A DNA stretch of 64,000 nucleotides from Ascidiella aspersa (Eukaryota): assembly GCA_963924565.1 (NCBI GenBank), contig OZ004613.1, positions 21,514,001-21,578,000 on the forward strand. Reading direction: 5' to 3'. The notes below the pieces were generated by a model. The model saw nothing but the letters and a program-made list of their open reading frames with translations, did not search any database and was not told the origin of the DNA. Of this stretch, positions 11,527 through 25,627 are shown piece after piece (position 1 is the first letter of the stretch; each line of letters starts with the position of its first letter). The translations under genes and the position numbers were made by a program.

Positions 11527-11940
11527 CAGGGTTGCCAGATAGTCAAAAAAAAAAAAAAAAAAAAAACTTGCCTCAAAAAGAGACAAAAAAAGCCAAATTT
11601 AATAAAAACCCTAACAAGCCTCTGCTTGTAAAAATGCAATAAATGGTCATGCTTACATTGATGTTCTCTTTTTGTGGCAATTTTTCTCAAGTTTTTTTTT
11701 AAGTTTTTTTGGCAAATTTTTTTTTTGGCAACTTTATGCGTTTTGAGATTTTTTTGTCAGGTTTTCCGTTTTTCTGTTAGTTTAATATAACGCTTACGAA
11801 ATTTTTGAATGAAACCCAAAAAGTCCTAACAAAGCCAAAGTTCATTTCGATTTTTCAAAAAAAAAAAATAAAATCCAAAGGGTTTCAAAAAAGCCCAAAT
11901 TTTCAAATTTGGCTGTAAAAAATCCTAACTGGCAATCCTG
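11527..11940. mobile_element. hAT-type MITE (TIR CAGGGTTGCCAG), unit B copy
   Basis: Same TIRs as 251-583, perfect TSD AGTCAACT. Confidence 0.85.
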
Positions 11941-13015
11941 AGTCAACTCACTAAGCTGAAATAGAAATATGTAATGATGTAAATTGTATAATTATGCAAA
12001 CGTGTTTGGAAACATTTCGGATCATACGCTTATAGCAAAAACCTTTAATGGTAATGGTAAATTGGATTGAGGTATTTACCTCTTTTAAACTATCCTTATT
12101 GTTGAAACAGGAAATTAAGTAGTTTTGTGATGCCGTTATTTGAAAAAAACTGTTCACTAATTGATAGTTGTTTTCTCTGTGATGCCGTTATTTAAAAAAA
12201 ACTGTTCACTAATTGATAGTTGTTTTCTATTTAATACTTGACTTAATTGGGCTTTACAAAGCACAAAGAACAATTAGGGTTGATGCAAATTTCCCTGGTA
12301 CTTTGCTCCAAGTTTCCCTGGTACTTGTTTCCAGACTTTGACTAATAATGATTTTTTTAGGGAAGTAACTCAGAATTATGTGATGTTGACACACCCGTTG
12401 TATTTCTTCAATGCAAAAAAGGGAGATATTGTCAACTTTGAACCACTGGTCGAAACTGTTTTTCTGCCTCTTACATAGGGCATTAGTCAAGCAAATGTTT
12501 ATAGCAAATAATTGCTGCTGTCCTACCTACCATTATAAATTAAAAAATGTAAGTTTAGCGGACCACTTTTGAAGCTTTGGTTGGCTGCATATGGCATATA
12601 TAGGTGTACTTTATATCGTGGTAACCAGTCGGTGTTAACTACAGAACAACAAAAAACTAAACAAAATATAATACCCGCGTATGCCAATTTTACAAACAGA
12701 GTGTCAATATTTTGATTTTTGATACGACGCTCGGCTTCTTACGTGTGTCTGTATGCTTTTATTCTTCCTATGCACAAGTAACACTAAAAAAATAAACTAT
12801 AGGTGTGTTTTTTTCTTAATTTAATGGTTGTTTTAATGCAATATTTGTAAAAGATTGACTGTAATTTCCGAAAAATTTGTTAAATTCAGTAGTTTTTCGA
12901 AGATTCTGTGACGTCACAAGCGACTTGAAACAATGGATTTTCGCCAGGGCAAAGTTTTTTTTTACATTTTTTGTCATATTCGTTCAATGTCTTTTGTCGG
13001 GAACGACAGAAATTT

Positions 13016-16000
13016 ATGGCAGAAACGAAAGCTATGATTTTTATTCGAATCGACTCGAAACTGTTAGCGCCCTTCAATGGGTTGTTCGGCATTACGTTCG
13101 AACCAGAGCAGCCTGCGAATGATTTCGAGGCTTTGCAGAAATGCTTCTATTCAATGGTCCCTGACTCATTGGAGAAACTAAAGACCAACCCGGCTTTTAA
13201 CATCGCTATGTTGTTGGTCAGTGTGATAATGTTTATCGCACTCTTCGAGGGTGGATGTGTTCTCGTAGAAAGGTAAATATGTTTCCAATTAACAAACTTT
13301 ATATTTCTTTAAATGTTTTTGTTTCAAAAGTCATGTAATTTACCATAATCCACACTTGAGTTTTAACAGCTATATTACAACGTTTTTTTTTTTTTTGAAA
13401 CGTTGTTTAGGTTTGTGTCCTTTCTACGAAGAATTGTGCGTTCGAGGAAAGCTGCACTTGAAAAGGGCTTTAAGGTAAAGCACAGGTTACACCAGTATTT
13501 CAGTTGTTTGATCGGAATAGCTGCATTAATTTAAGTTTTCTTAAAAAAAAGTAAAAACATAATTCTGAAGTTGTAGGATGCGGCTAAACTTTTGAATGCG
13601 ATGTTTGCTAGCTAGTAGGCCTACCATATGTCCTCTTTTAGGAGGGTTTGTCCTCTTTTTACAAGAAAAGTAAATGGTCCTCCGAGGACGCTCAAAAATG
13701 CCCAAATGTCCTCTTTTTTCGCATTTCGAGTTAGTTGATATAGTTTCAAATTTCAACTTGACTTTTATAGGCGAGACGTTGTATTTATTTCCAACAAATT
13801 ACTGTAGCCATGAAACATGCTAAATTGCTGGTTTAAAGCAGGTTTTCCAACAAATTGCCCTATCAGCCCCCACATTAAAAACTTTACATTTTGCGCGGGA
13901 AGACGATTTTGCTGCTTGAAATTGCGGGGCTGTAATAACGTTATTTGCAAAATTTGCACGGCTGAAAATGGAGTACTATACTGAAAACTGTTAGCGCGAC
14001 AAAAGTTTTGCGCGGTTGACTACGCACTGTAACTGGATTTTACATGAAATGCGCGGCTATGACCGCGGCCTCAGTGTTACTGTATGGCAGGCTATGTTCT
14101 TATTTCTTACAGAAGCTTGTCTAATTAGTCTATAGCAGGGGTCGACAACCTTCGGCCCGCGGGCCGGATACGGCCCGCCGTCTATTTAACAAACTAGACA
14201 CGAGTCCATTTCACATACTTTTTGACTATTTAACTACGTAAGTGCAAAAATTTTCGCGCTACGCGCGAATTATCTTTATACATTCAGTTAGTTTACGTCC
14301 GTGGAAGGCAAACGGAATACGTATTCTAAATTTTTTGACATATATATCGCCCGGTCTTAAAACGTTACCAGATACTGAATTAGGTTAAGCAACAAAGTTA
14401 TCGCGTTTCTTCAAAGTAATTTTCTTACACTTTTAATTAGTAGTATAGATGACAACGTGTGGACTCGAATTTTACACCAGACAAACGCTTTTTTTCGCGC
14501 TTAGCGCCAACACTTTACTGCCTCCTTAAATGTAATTAAACACGTCTTTAAGCGCAAAAAAGTCCGAGACTTGATTGATTCACACAGCGGTTTTACCATT
14601 TTAATAACACTATTTTTAGTTAACTTTTTGTGCGGTCCGCAGAGACCTTTCTGAGTTTGGTTTTGGCCCGCCACTAAAAAAAGGTTGCCGACCCCTGCTC
14701 TATATAGCATACATTTAATTTCAATGATATTTTGTGTAAACAATTTCATGATCTCGTTAAAATGATCATTCCTCATTGGCTAAAGTTAAAGGAACCGCAA
14801 AGTATTCATGGGATGAATCTGAAAAATAAATTTGTTTGTTGTTTTGGAAAGTTTTGACTGCAGCTACCAAGGAAATGTAAAGCATCAGCAAACTTAAACT
14901 TAACAATTCTACTTCCGTTTTACTTGCCAGAAAAAATGTCCTCTGTTTTATCATGTAGTTGTGGGCCGCGTGAATGCTCTGCATATATTGTATACAATTT
15001 CTACCAACATTTATCTAGTTAATGTATTTTTTTTATTTACCATTATAATATTGCTATTGTATCGTGAGTAACATTTATCCAGCTTTCACTACAAGATTAA
15101 CATAATGTATTCATGTTATGTGTTTCGTTCGAACTTTTACGTGATTGCGGCTGCCGCCATTCCGCTGTGAAAATGCTATGTAGTTTTAATCTTTTATGCA
15201 TTAATACGTCTAAGGCAGTGGTTCTCAACCTTTTTTCTTTCGTGGCCCATTTACGTTGCAAATAAAGTCTGTGGCCCAAAACATTTTTTTGACAGAAAAA
15301 GCTGTATAATAGGTTTAGAACAAAACACAGCAGAACATATTTCAAAACAGATTATTATTTCAATCCTGCATTAGTGAGACACTTGCGGCTGGAATTTTGC
15401 ATTACTTTTTAATGCCTTCCCAAGCCATTATTCCTGTAAAATTAAATATAGTGACACCAAAGAAACTAAATCTAACTTTTCTAAATTGGTCTGTTGCCCA
15501 CCTCAAATGTTCTTATGGCCCACTGGTTGAGAACCGCTGGTCTAAGGTAAACGTTTCGCCACCTGGATTTAGCTTCATATTTGCCAACGAGTTCGTTTAA
15601 TACAAAAGGTGTTTCTAAGAACAATTGTTTCATGGCATAACTTTGTGACGTCATTTTAATGCCTCCAACTCAAAACAAATATCCTGGATTCGCCGTTTTG
15701 TAGTTGTTTTACGTAGCGGGCCTTCAATAGCTTTAAAAGTGTATTTTGGGCCGCGACAAATAAATTTGCCGACCACTGTACTAGGATATACGACTGTTTT
15801 AACCTGTGAGCTTCATTTCATAAAAGGTATTGCAATACAATACTTCACAAAACTACAAGCAAAATCATAACGTCGGCTTGTAAAAGTGGTGGAAAAAATG
15901 TAACGTCGCCCTTCTGTCTCAAATACCTCTACATATTGTAATAGTCTTGTTTTTAATGACAGAATTTTCTGCGAATTATCATGCTTTATTCGAAAAATGC

Positions 16001-18912
16001 TACATTTATAAACCAAGCAAACATTCATTTTAATTTTAAAGAACTATAACCCTTAGTAATGCCCTTTTTTACGTTTTTGCGTAAGCCGTTATGACTAAGC
16101 TTTCAATGTATGAATACCATTTTTTGTTACCTGTAATTGTCTATTTCTAAGTTTGTTAATTTGTGCATGCAATATTTTTTCACAAAGATTTCAAACAACC
16201 CAAACAACGATAAGTTGCTGACAATTTGCATTCCGGCAAGAAAGAAATTCGAAAATATAGGATTGCGAGGTAATTGCTGTGGGATTTTATATTGATTGCT
16301 GCCTTGGGCTTAGTTGTACACATTTTCAACCCATCTTTGTGTATTTATAGGTCTACCAAATGTCGCCGTGAAGTCCAATGCGAAACCTTCTCTCAAATTA
16401 CCATTCGAACCGTTCCTGTTACCTGCTGATATGGTCGTGTTTCTTCAAACAGGGTTTCCGACCAATGGACCACGCGTACATTTTATCATCACCTCCGACA
16501 TGTTTGAAATATTCCTTGCTCACTTGGAAAGGAATGTCTTGACCAAGTCTGAAGCTCTTCTGACTAAATTAAAGCAGAGTAGGGTACAGGATTTCTTAAC
16601 CCCATCGCCTGTAGGTTCACCGATTCTCCCCCTATGCTCAGCACAGAGCAGCCCAACTATCCAGGCCGTGTCTAAATCACCGCAGCAGGTCTTCATTTAT
16701 TGCACGATTCAACCTGCCAAATCCTCTGTAAAACGCCCAATTACTCAAACCTGCTCAACCCAGACGATTAACTCAGTAAGAGCACAATCCTTATCGGTCG
16801 GAAGCCAAACCTTTCAGTTTGTCACAACGCCAATTCCAACACAGACCATCAAAAAATGCTTCATGCCTGCCCGTATCCAAACGGTTAATCCGATCCTCAA
16901 GTCAGTTCCAACCCAGACTTCCCAATCTGTTGGCAAATCCGCATCCACACAGACCTCTATTTCGACAACCGCCCCTGTTTTCACTCAAACTATTGGACAT
17001 GACTCGAAAAGTTCACTTGCTGTGTCGACTTCAACTCAGACCTTCCAACGTCCCATGCTCTCAGCGTCAATGTCTAGTCAGACTTCCAAAACTGTTGGTA
17101 TCACTCTTTCCACCCAGACTGTACCAGTCGTTAGTTCGCCTGTAAGCACACAAACAACTCAAACTAAACCGGATAATGTACTACCATCGGACATTGGAAC
17201 CCTACAAAAACGACAAAGCACAACCACATTCACCCAAACTATTTTTGGAACTGTTCGAATGTTGCCGGCGCTAAAACCCAGATCAAAGTTCAACAAAGGA
17301 ACACAAACTACTACTCTTCCTGCGAGGGCTGGTACTTCGAAGAAAGTAAATAAAACTGACAAATCTTCCGTAGTGGCAAAAATACTGCGCCCAGTACTTA
17401 GTAAGTCCCATGTTGTCGTCACAAGCTATCCAGGATCTGATGAACTGGGAGGATTCCTTGATCCTGAACATGAATATTGGCTTCAGAAATGGTCCAAAAG
17501 GAAGCACCCTTTTGTAAAAATTCCAAAATTCAGCAATAACGATATCATAAAGGCAATTAACAAATTGCCCAATGAAGAAAGCGTTGGAACAACTCCCACC
17601 GAACAAGATTGGGAGAGGTATTACCAAGAGGAGTTGGCGGAACAGGCAAAAGAAGACGCACAGCGAATGGCACAGAAGGCATATTGCAAAAGACAGGACA
17701 TAAATTCCTTCCGTAATCTCAGAGATACAACGAGAAAAGATACACTTCTTGTAGTTGAAGACATTATGAAAGCCATTAATCAACTACCAAAGAAAAAACA
17801 CGTTCGCCAGGCCCCCACAGAAGAAGACTGGGAGCGTTACTACCAAGAGGAGTTGGCAGAGCAGGAGAAAGAAGACGCACAGCGGCTGGCGATGAAGGCA
17901 AGATCCAAAAAATCAACAAAATATAGGTCTTCCTTTCCGTCAAATCTTGGGGAGACACCTAAGACAAAAAAACCTACTGCTGCTGGATGTCACTCCAAAT
18001 TGCGCACACCAAGCACAATCAAGACAGCGATAAAAGTAAGCACTTCTCAGTTGACAGCTGCACCCACCTCTCGAAAAGCACCCAAAGGTTCTCCTTTTAA
18101 ACTTTGTCCACCAACAAGACTTAAGGAACCACAAAAAGTCGATTCTTCCTCGAAACTCCGTGCACCGATTAATCACAAGGCTCAAATTGTGGTAACGAAC
18201 CAGTCAAAGCTGCGACAGCCAAGCAAGTTAGAACGACCGGTGTCCAAGCGTTGTGGATCCAATCATCAGATTACACCGAAAGACTTGAGTGATGCGCTTA
18301 AAATGATGCCCAAGATTAAGTCGTCTCCGATTTCCGAGTCTCCAACTTTTCATGATGCACAAAAAATCGATGAGAAAAAAGAAGATTGGATGGCAAACAT
18401 GCAGAGAGCCTTGACAAGGGAGAAGTTGTTCAGGATTCAAGATGACCCAGAGCATCGCTGCACCTCATCCTCGGTCGTCGGCAAGATGAGAAAGCCAACT
18501 AGGATGAGAAGAATAATTTTGGAAGAGGTGGATTTCCTGGATGAAATAAAGGAACTGGCGGAACCTTTCAACCTCGTTCCATGCGTTTCCGGTGGTGCAC
18601 GGCGGTTAGGAAAAATAAAGGTAAAACATTTTTATTGATTAGTTCTTATTCAATATTTTGCATAGTGTTAAACTCTTACTTGATTTACAGCCAGACGATG
18701 CCAGCTTTTTCGATCTGGAACCACAACTGATGGATTTTGTTGACGAGTTTACCGACGACCTGCCACTGATTACAAACGAAGATATCCGCCAGCTGTGCGA
18801 TCGAACCCCGCACCTATACAGGATGACTGACGCAGAAGAACAGGAGGTGGAAGCTTGGCTGCACACTTGCAACATCCCCAGTCAAATGCAAGTCGATCCA
18901 CTCATGTTTTGA
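13016..18912 (+). CDS. TQT-array membrane protein, copy B, ~964 aa; join(13016..13272,13411..13474,16188..16269,16351..18620,18691..18912)
   Basis: Same exon structure as copy A, GT-AG sites intact (AAG|gtaaaa...tttacag|CCA). One in-frame codon deletion (EKKED). Confidence 0.8.
13616..14944. mobile_element. Unit-B-specific truncated hAT (Blackjack-like end) insertion replacing part of intron 2
   Basis: Begins TAGGCCTACCATATGTCC with subterminal GTCCTC repeats. Absent from units A and C. The right end is lost together with the left end of the resident MITE. Confidence 0.55.
14136..14697. mobile_element. hAT-type MITE (TIR CAGGGGTCG[A/G]CAACC) nested in the unit-B insertion
   Basis: CAGGGGTCGACAACC...GGTTGCCGACCCCTG, imperfect TSD GTCTATAG/CTCTATAT. 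A related end occurs at 44937. Confidence 0.75.
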
Positions 18913-19232
18913 GTGATATGGAGATATTTCTCTAAAGACAATGTGATCGCACGGATCACAACCATTCGGCCGGCGCCGAAAAGACGCCTAAATGTTTATT
19001 ATTTTGTATTTCATGACTTTTTTAATAAATTTTATATATATATTTATGTCGGTATAGGTCCTTTATTAGAGAATTAGGGAAACTACGAAAAACAAGCATT
19101 TGTCATTTGATTTTATTTAAAGTTCAGACCGCAGACTATTGCGTTACTCTTATTGTGATATTTTAGTTTCAAAATATAGCATTTGTATGTACGTTTGGTG
19201 GGTAAACCTCAAACTAACTGCAACATAATGTT

Positions 19233-20160
19233 TTGGTTGATACTTATTACATCACGGGAAAAGTGCCAGAAAATCCCCCAAAAAACGACGTGAAAACACA
19301 CAAGGTGTTTTACACGTCATCCACATTTGGTAAGGCCTTAAAAATTACACTCAAAATTGGTCTTATATTAACGAGTATACTGAATATAAGAAAAAAGACT
19401 AAATACGTCCAAGGCGATAAATTGAGTTGATGAAAGCATTGGAGCGTTATTAACAAAATAAATGGTATATTTATATATCGTTAATTTGGTGATCTATCGT
19501 TGTTCTCGGTCAAACTCGTGCACAAATAGGGAGCTGAAATCTAAAAAAATGCGTAAATTTAGTTTAAATTGGCAAATAAGGAAGGCCGAACGTGCAATTA
19601 TTTATATAGCGCCTTTGGTTAAATAAATATGTTTTAGCGGTAAAATTGATCCGGCGGTTTTCTGTTCGCATTTCGCTGCCATAGGATCAATAAGTCAAGA
19701 CATTAAGCAGTGTTTCTTCCCACAGTTCCGCTCAATCATCGTCATCCGTTGCGAGTTTTTTGGTTTTTTTCGCTCTTCGCTCCGCCACGAAAATTAGGTT
19801 TCGTCAGGTGAAACTCACCTCCACTGTCACGAACCATTTGTCTGTTCCAGACGATCCATATTAGAACTGTCGATAATGTAAGTCATGGGTTTCGTGTTAG
19901 CTGTTATAAAACAAGACTGTTCCAAGGGTTTTACTGGCGGTTTTCGAAACTGTAGAATCTCCGTTTTTCAAGCCAATTTTTTTCATTTTTGACACTGTCT
20001 TGAATGCGGAAATGAACCACTTGCTTGTGCAATTTAATTATTCAATGTCAACGTCAGAATACAACCGAAACTTGACTAAAACTATGAGTCGGAATGCGAC
20101 CTGAATCCGTTAGAATGATGGGTAAATGCCAGAATAAGATTTATCATGTTATCTAACCAA
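19233..20160 (+). pseudogene. Decayed hAT transposase relic (possible BED finger and C-terminal dimerisation remnants)
   Basis: ~20090-20155 (and ~33125-33190 in unit C) translates ECDLNPLE*WVN(A/G)RIRFIMLS, like the hAT dimerisation motif PLxWW...RFPxLS. ~19290-19380 KVFYTSSTFGKALKIT...LTS could be a BED finger with Cys lost. Confidence 0.4.
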
Positions 20161-22097
20161 CCAATACCTGTCTTAACCAAACTTGAAACCCAAACAATGC
20201 ACATACAGTCCAGAAAGGCCGGTGCCTAAACTGCGGCTCCCCATCGTCCCATATCTTATATCCCTACCAATTATTTAGGCAATTTAAAACTTATTCCGAA
20301 GTGCTTTTGACTTATGTCTATAGGTGAAAGACTTATTCTGTCGGGTTAAGGTCTTATTTCTTCATAAATATTATTGCTCATTTATTTTATTATATGTCGT
20401 TAATCCTAATACTATTGTGTTATATAAAATCCCACTGTAGACATTGTTGTTTTATAGTGTTTATTTAGACTCGCGTTGTCAATTCGAGGTTAATATTTTT
20501 GCACTCGACCGCTCACCTACTGCAATAGAGTACAATTGGCTTCGGTCGAGTACTGAGTAACATCTACTTGATAAAGCAAAAATGGGTTATGTTCGTCAGA
20601 CCACTGGGCACAATTTGTTGATTTGCGATAAATGATCTTAAAAGCCAAAGATTGCAGACTAATTTTTAATTTGCCCCTTTTTTTTCAGCGTAAGTAATTT
20701 GCCTAATGTTGCTGCTATCTACCGTAGAAACGTTCACTTGAAATAATTTGTCGAAATACATGTTTTACCTCGAATGTGATCGTGAGACTAACACATGGTA
20801 TTGTAAAGAACGACCTTACTTAGCATAACGACTTAAAATATAGGCTATATTGTCTAAGGTGCCATTTTTTAGATCTGCTTTAACCGTACATTTTTGTACT
20901 TACTTAATCTAACGCCATTTTCCTATCACCTTCGCCGCACGCAACTCTATTCCATTGTTAAAGCGATGTCATATTTTACCTTTTGTGACAACTTATTTTC
21001 ATCAAAATAAATTTTGAAATTGCTACCCGCGTCTAGAATACTAGCAACTAAATTACTTTTTTGTGGTAAACGTTGCCCACCTGCGTTTTGACTTAAATTG
21101 AGTTCGCTTTCTAGAAGATATTTAATTTTTTAAGCGACTGTTTTATAATAAAACGATTGTTGGTATTATTTATAGAAAAACATACTTATTAACTACTGTC
21201 TAGCTTTAATTCAACATAAATAACAACACGCTTTCCTAAACAACTTTTTTTAACGTTCTGTTATGATTCCTAGAACAAAATATATGAGCTTTTTGTCGAA
21301 GATTAAAACCTCTACATTTTACGTGCGTTTTCTTCTATAAGCCTGGATTCCTAGAAGGTACAACACTTCAGCTTATCGAAAACTACCCTTACCTAATTAA
21401 ATTTATTTTACTTGGTGTAATCATAAAAAATAATACAACTTAAAACTTACAAAGAGTTTCTTTTGCACGAGGTTGACCGGAATGAAAAACGCTTTTATAA
21501 AATGTCAACAATATAATTAATCATATATAACATTTTCCGTTAACGCCACTCTTGGTTATATGATTTGCAATTCTGCTTTAGGAGGACTACTTTTTAACTC
21601 AAAGCTTGCGTCAACTTTTTGTTTTGTATAACTATAAGAAGAAAAAAAATGCAACTATATTGTGGAGTTTAACCTCTTGGTTACAAAGTTGTAAAATTAC
21701 CTCAAAACAATACGTATAATACGCTGCTTTCCATAAAGGTCTTTTCTATTTATTCTATGATTTGAAAAATATTCCTGGAAACTCTGGGTTCACGCACAGA
21801 CGGTACACTTGAGTATCGTACTAAGCAGCTCATTAGAAATTTCGGTCTCGTATAGGTAATAAAAAAAGTCATTTTATTTATGAAATATCAAGAATAATAA
21901 TGTTATTAGGCGTGGCAAAAAAGGTAGTTCGTATATATATATTTACCTGTAATCCTTAAAATTTTAGTAATTTATGATAATAGTTATATAGCGATTCCAC
22001 TAATCCAGCTTTTTAAAATAATTATGATACTGCATAATTATAAATTACAAAATTGTTTTAACCTCTACCTATTTTGTTTTGCTTTCATTTGTGAGTG

Positions 22098-22200
22098 CAC
22101 ACATGCTGAGGGATTACAAATATAATTTTATTTGTGGCTTTCACGAAACTTAGTGATCCATAAATCCGCCCACAATAAACTAAATGCAAACTTACACGAT
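22098..22200 (-). pseudogene. 7SK promoter-only remnant
   Basis: TATTTGTGGC at 22129-22138 plus the shared upstream flank; no gene body. Confidence 0.55.
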
Positions 22201-22540
22201 AACATGAACGGACCCTTTTTAAACTATTAGCTGCATTTTTATAGTCAGTAAACTAACTTGAACTGTAGTAAACTTTACTTAAACTGTAGTAAACTTGAAT
22301 GCCCGGCAATTATATTGGCATAAAGTCAGGACAAAACGAAAATGCTGATCAAACAATTCCGTTATTAGTTAGATGTTAGATAATAACCAATATAAGAAAA
22401 TTATTTTTTCGCCATTGTTATTAAATGTTTTCTTTTTATGTTGTGAAGTAACAGATTCTAGGTTGACATCCGTTGCCTTGTCCAAATATAAGATAGCCTA
22501 CAATTATAGAGATAGTAAATAACGAAACAAGTATCGAAAT

Positions 22541-22830
22541 AAAACAATGGCATACTGCCACGTGCAGTGCCCATTCGGATGTGTTTGAAGGCGTCTCGAG
22601 ACACTTTTAAGGAAGGGGCCGTACGCTATTCCTATCCATAACGCTCGCTCTATCCATCGCGTCTACAAGAGAACATTTCGGGGTGGGGGGTTGGCTCTCG
22701 ACCGAGCGCGAAGCATCGGGAAAGCATATGTGGACGTAACTCCGTCTTGCGCGTGTGTAGATTCACCTATCGAAGTAAATCCGCCAATCAGCGATCGAAT
22801 ACCGGACAGAATGAGCCGTCTCACACATTC
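22541..22830 (-). ncRNA. RN7SK: 7SK copy 3 (5' GAATGTG, second GAUC changed to GAUU, 12-nt internal deletion; probably impaired)
   Basis: Aligns end to end with the other copies; 3' hairpin and TTTT intact. Confidence 0.8.
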
Positions 22831-23005
22831 ACTGGAAACATCTGTATGGATGTATTTATGCCATGGCAATAGCAATATAGTTTTATTTGTGGCTTTTACG
22901 AAACCTAATGAGCCTTAAATCCACCAAAAATAAACTCGGGTAGTTTTACGAGGTCTTACTCGAGTCCCGAGTCCGACTTCGCAGCCTTGTTTAGAACAAT
23001 AATTT

Positions 23006-23087
23006 GCTCTCGACCGAGCGGGAAGCATCGGGAAAGCAAATGTGGACGAGCGTTGTGACGTAACTCCGTCTTGCGCGCCTGTAGATT
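23006..23087 (-). pseudogene. 7SK internal fragment
   Basis: gctctcgaccgagcgggaagcatcgggaaagc...gtagatt matches the central third of 7SK. Confidence 0.8.
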
Positions 23088-23782
23088 TGTTTGGCCAAAA
23101 ATACTGGATCCTCTACTTGACGGCCTGTCGGATGCCTGAACATTACACGAGGCGTCTACTATAAATGTATTAAATGCAGTCAACGTAAATAAGAAATTTT
23201 AAAGGCGAAAACGGTATGCGGCCAGCGACACAAGATGAATCATGAATCCGCCACCAATAAACTGAAATACAAACTTAATTGATAACGTAGACAGACTTTC
23301 TTTGAAAGAATTGCTGGTTTTGTCTGCAGTCGTTAATAGACATACAAAATGTCAATCTATGAATTTATCCCGCCCGTAGCTGACACCTCATTAAATCTCG
23401 GCATCTAAATTTTCGCTCCCTCGAACAACATGTAAAAATACTGCAAGCGATTTTCTTTTTTACTGTAATCGCGGACAATGTAGACAGATAAAGGGAAATC
23501 CATATTTAGAATTAGAACAGCAATTTGTTTTTCAATATAGTTTTTCGTTGTAGTTTAACAACTGAAGTACACTCTAATGCTCTACAAAATTTTTGACAGA
23601 AAAGCAGGATAAAACGAAAATATGGAACAGACAATTTGGTTGTTAGTTAGTTAACCAATTACACCAAATTATTTTTTCGCCATTGATATAAAATGTTACC
23701 TTTTTGTGTTTTGAATTAATAGTTTTGAGGTAGACATACGTCACCTGGTTCAAATATAAGATAGCCTACTACTATTTTCAAT

Positions 23783-24076
23783 AAAACCATGCCATACTGC
23801 CACGTGCAGTCCCCATTCGGATGTGTTTGAAGGCGTCTCGAGACACTTTTAAGGAAGGGGTCGTACGCAATTCCTATCCATAACGCTCGCTCTATCCATC
23901 GCGTCTACAAGAGAACAATTCAGGGGGTTGGCTCTCGACCGAGCGCGAAGCATCGGGAAAGCATATGTGGACGTGCGTTGTGACGTAACTCCGTCTTGCG
24001 CGTGTGTAGATAAACCTATAGAAGATCCGCCAATCAGCGATCGAACACCCGACAGAATGAACCATCTCACACATCC
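23783..24076 (-). ncRNA. RN7SK: 7SK copy 4 (base of the 3' hairpin disrupted, small deletions)
   Basis: End-to-end match. The 3' end reads GGGGACTGCACGTGGCAGTATGGC instead of GGGCACTGCACGTGGCAGTATGCC. Confidence 0.8.
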
Positions 24077-24676
24077 ACTGGAAACATCTGTATGAATGTC
24101 TTTATCCCGAGGTAGTTGCAATATAATTTCATTTGTGGCTTGTACGAAATTCAATGAGCCATAAATCCCCACAATTCCCACCTATGGCTAAGATGTGGTA
24201 AGGTTGCTGAACACTTACAAATATTCAACTCATATATTAGTCAAATCAGCTTCTCTGTTAATTGTAATAGTTAACCAACGTTTCTCTTTGTGATTTTTCA
24301 AAATATTGGTGTATTTGTTGTTCTAAATGTGTTTTAAAGTTTTGTCCGATAATACCGTATCGGAACCAATACCCTACGCGTGATAATATCGCAACTTGAT
24401 TTCACCTTAGAAGGTAAATTTATCGAAAAAATAGTAGGTTAGCAATTGACGGTAGACAACTTTCTCTGGGCTTGAGGACTTTTTGTAACGTGACAAAACC
24501 AATACAGTAGTGATGTTCAGGCCAGCGTCATAAAAATAAAGGATAGAAACTCACGTCACGCGATCAAATTTACGTGTGCACCGTCGCGGTCTGATTCAGA
24601 CACCTACTATTGACCAGTGAACCCGAACGCACATTGTTTATGACCTTTAGACTTTGTTTTATTTCATTGTTGCGAC

Positions 24677-24831
24677 CAGTGTTTTTTTTAAGGTTAGGTT
24701 TGGGTGACCGCTAAGTAGTTTTAAGAGACCGCAAGTGTTTCATTTAAATACCAAAATGTTGTCCAAAATTTAGGAAACCGCTGGAGAAATTTGACCGTTT
24801 CGGTCCCCCAAAACACATTAAAAAAACACTG
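24677..24831. mobile_element. Unit-C-specific 155-bp hAT-type MITE
   Basis: CAGTGTTTTTTT...AAAAAAACACTG with perfect TSD GTTGCGAC. Empty sites in unit A (~88-97) and unit B (~10729-10737). Confidence 0.85.
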
Positions 24832-25023
24832 GTTGCGACATCAGTTCAGGTAGGTAAAAAAGATAAAAAAACAACAAGACAACTGCTAGTAAGTTTATTA
24901 AAAAAACATTACATTAGTTTGGATTTTATTTAATTTTTTTGAATGTTTTGCAGTGGTACAGGTTTAGTACAGCTACTTGGTTTACCAACAATAAATGTAA
25001 GCCTAATGTTTTTGCGCCGAACA

Positions 25024-25206
25024 ATGCCAAGTATTTGCTGCATCCCTTTTTGCCAGAATAGGCCACCAACACATACCATGTTTGCTGAACCGAATAAAAA
25101 AATGTCATGGAACGAAGAATGGGCAGAAAATTTAAGTCAGCGTGATGATAAAAATATCAAACAACCTTACCAAAAGCACTTTACAAAAGAGGAAATTATC
25201 AAATGT
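25024..25206 (+). pseudogene. Degenerate THAP zinc-finger coding relic (unit C)
   Basis: MPSICCIPFCQNRPP...FAEP...W...PYQKHFTKEEI, with an internal deletion relative to unit B. Confidence 0.55.
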
Positions 25207-25627
25207 TTGTATAAGCTATATATATATTTTCAATCAGAAGGTTATTTTATATCATTTGCTATTGTTATCATAGTCTTTCTCTGTGGTATTCTGTTTATAT
25301 GTCGTTGATCAGGTGTAATGCGAAGCTTTATAAATAAATTTTAGGAATGTGTTGCACAAAAAATGAACAAAAATAGAATGCAAGTAGTTTTCCGCCTAAT
25401 ATTTTATCACTTCTTCTTTAAATTCGTATATTCACTATGCCAGAAGCTAATAACACAAAATATGCAAATTGAGCTTATGGGCATTCTGCAGTGTCCTTGG
25501 AAGTCCATTGATTTGCCTTACTTTCTTAAAAGGGTACGTGTTGTTACCCTACCATTATCCTCACCGTTGTACTAACACAAACCACAAGAGATAGCTCTAA
25601 AGAAATGCGGATTGGACATAGTCAACT

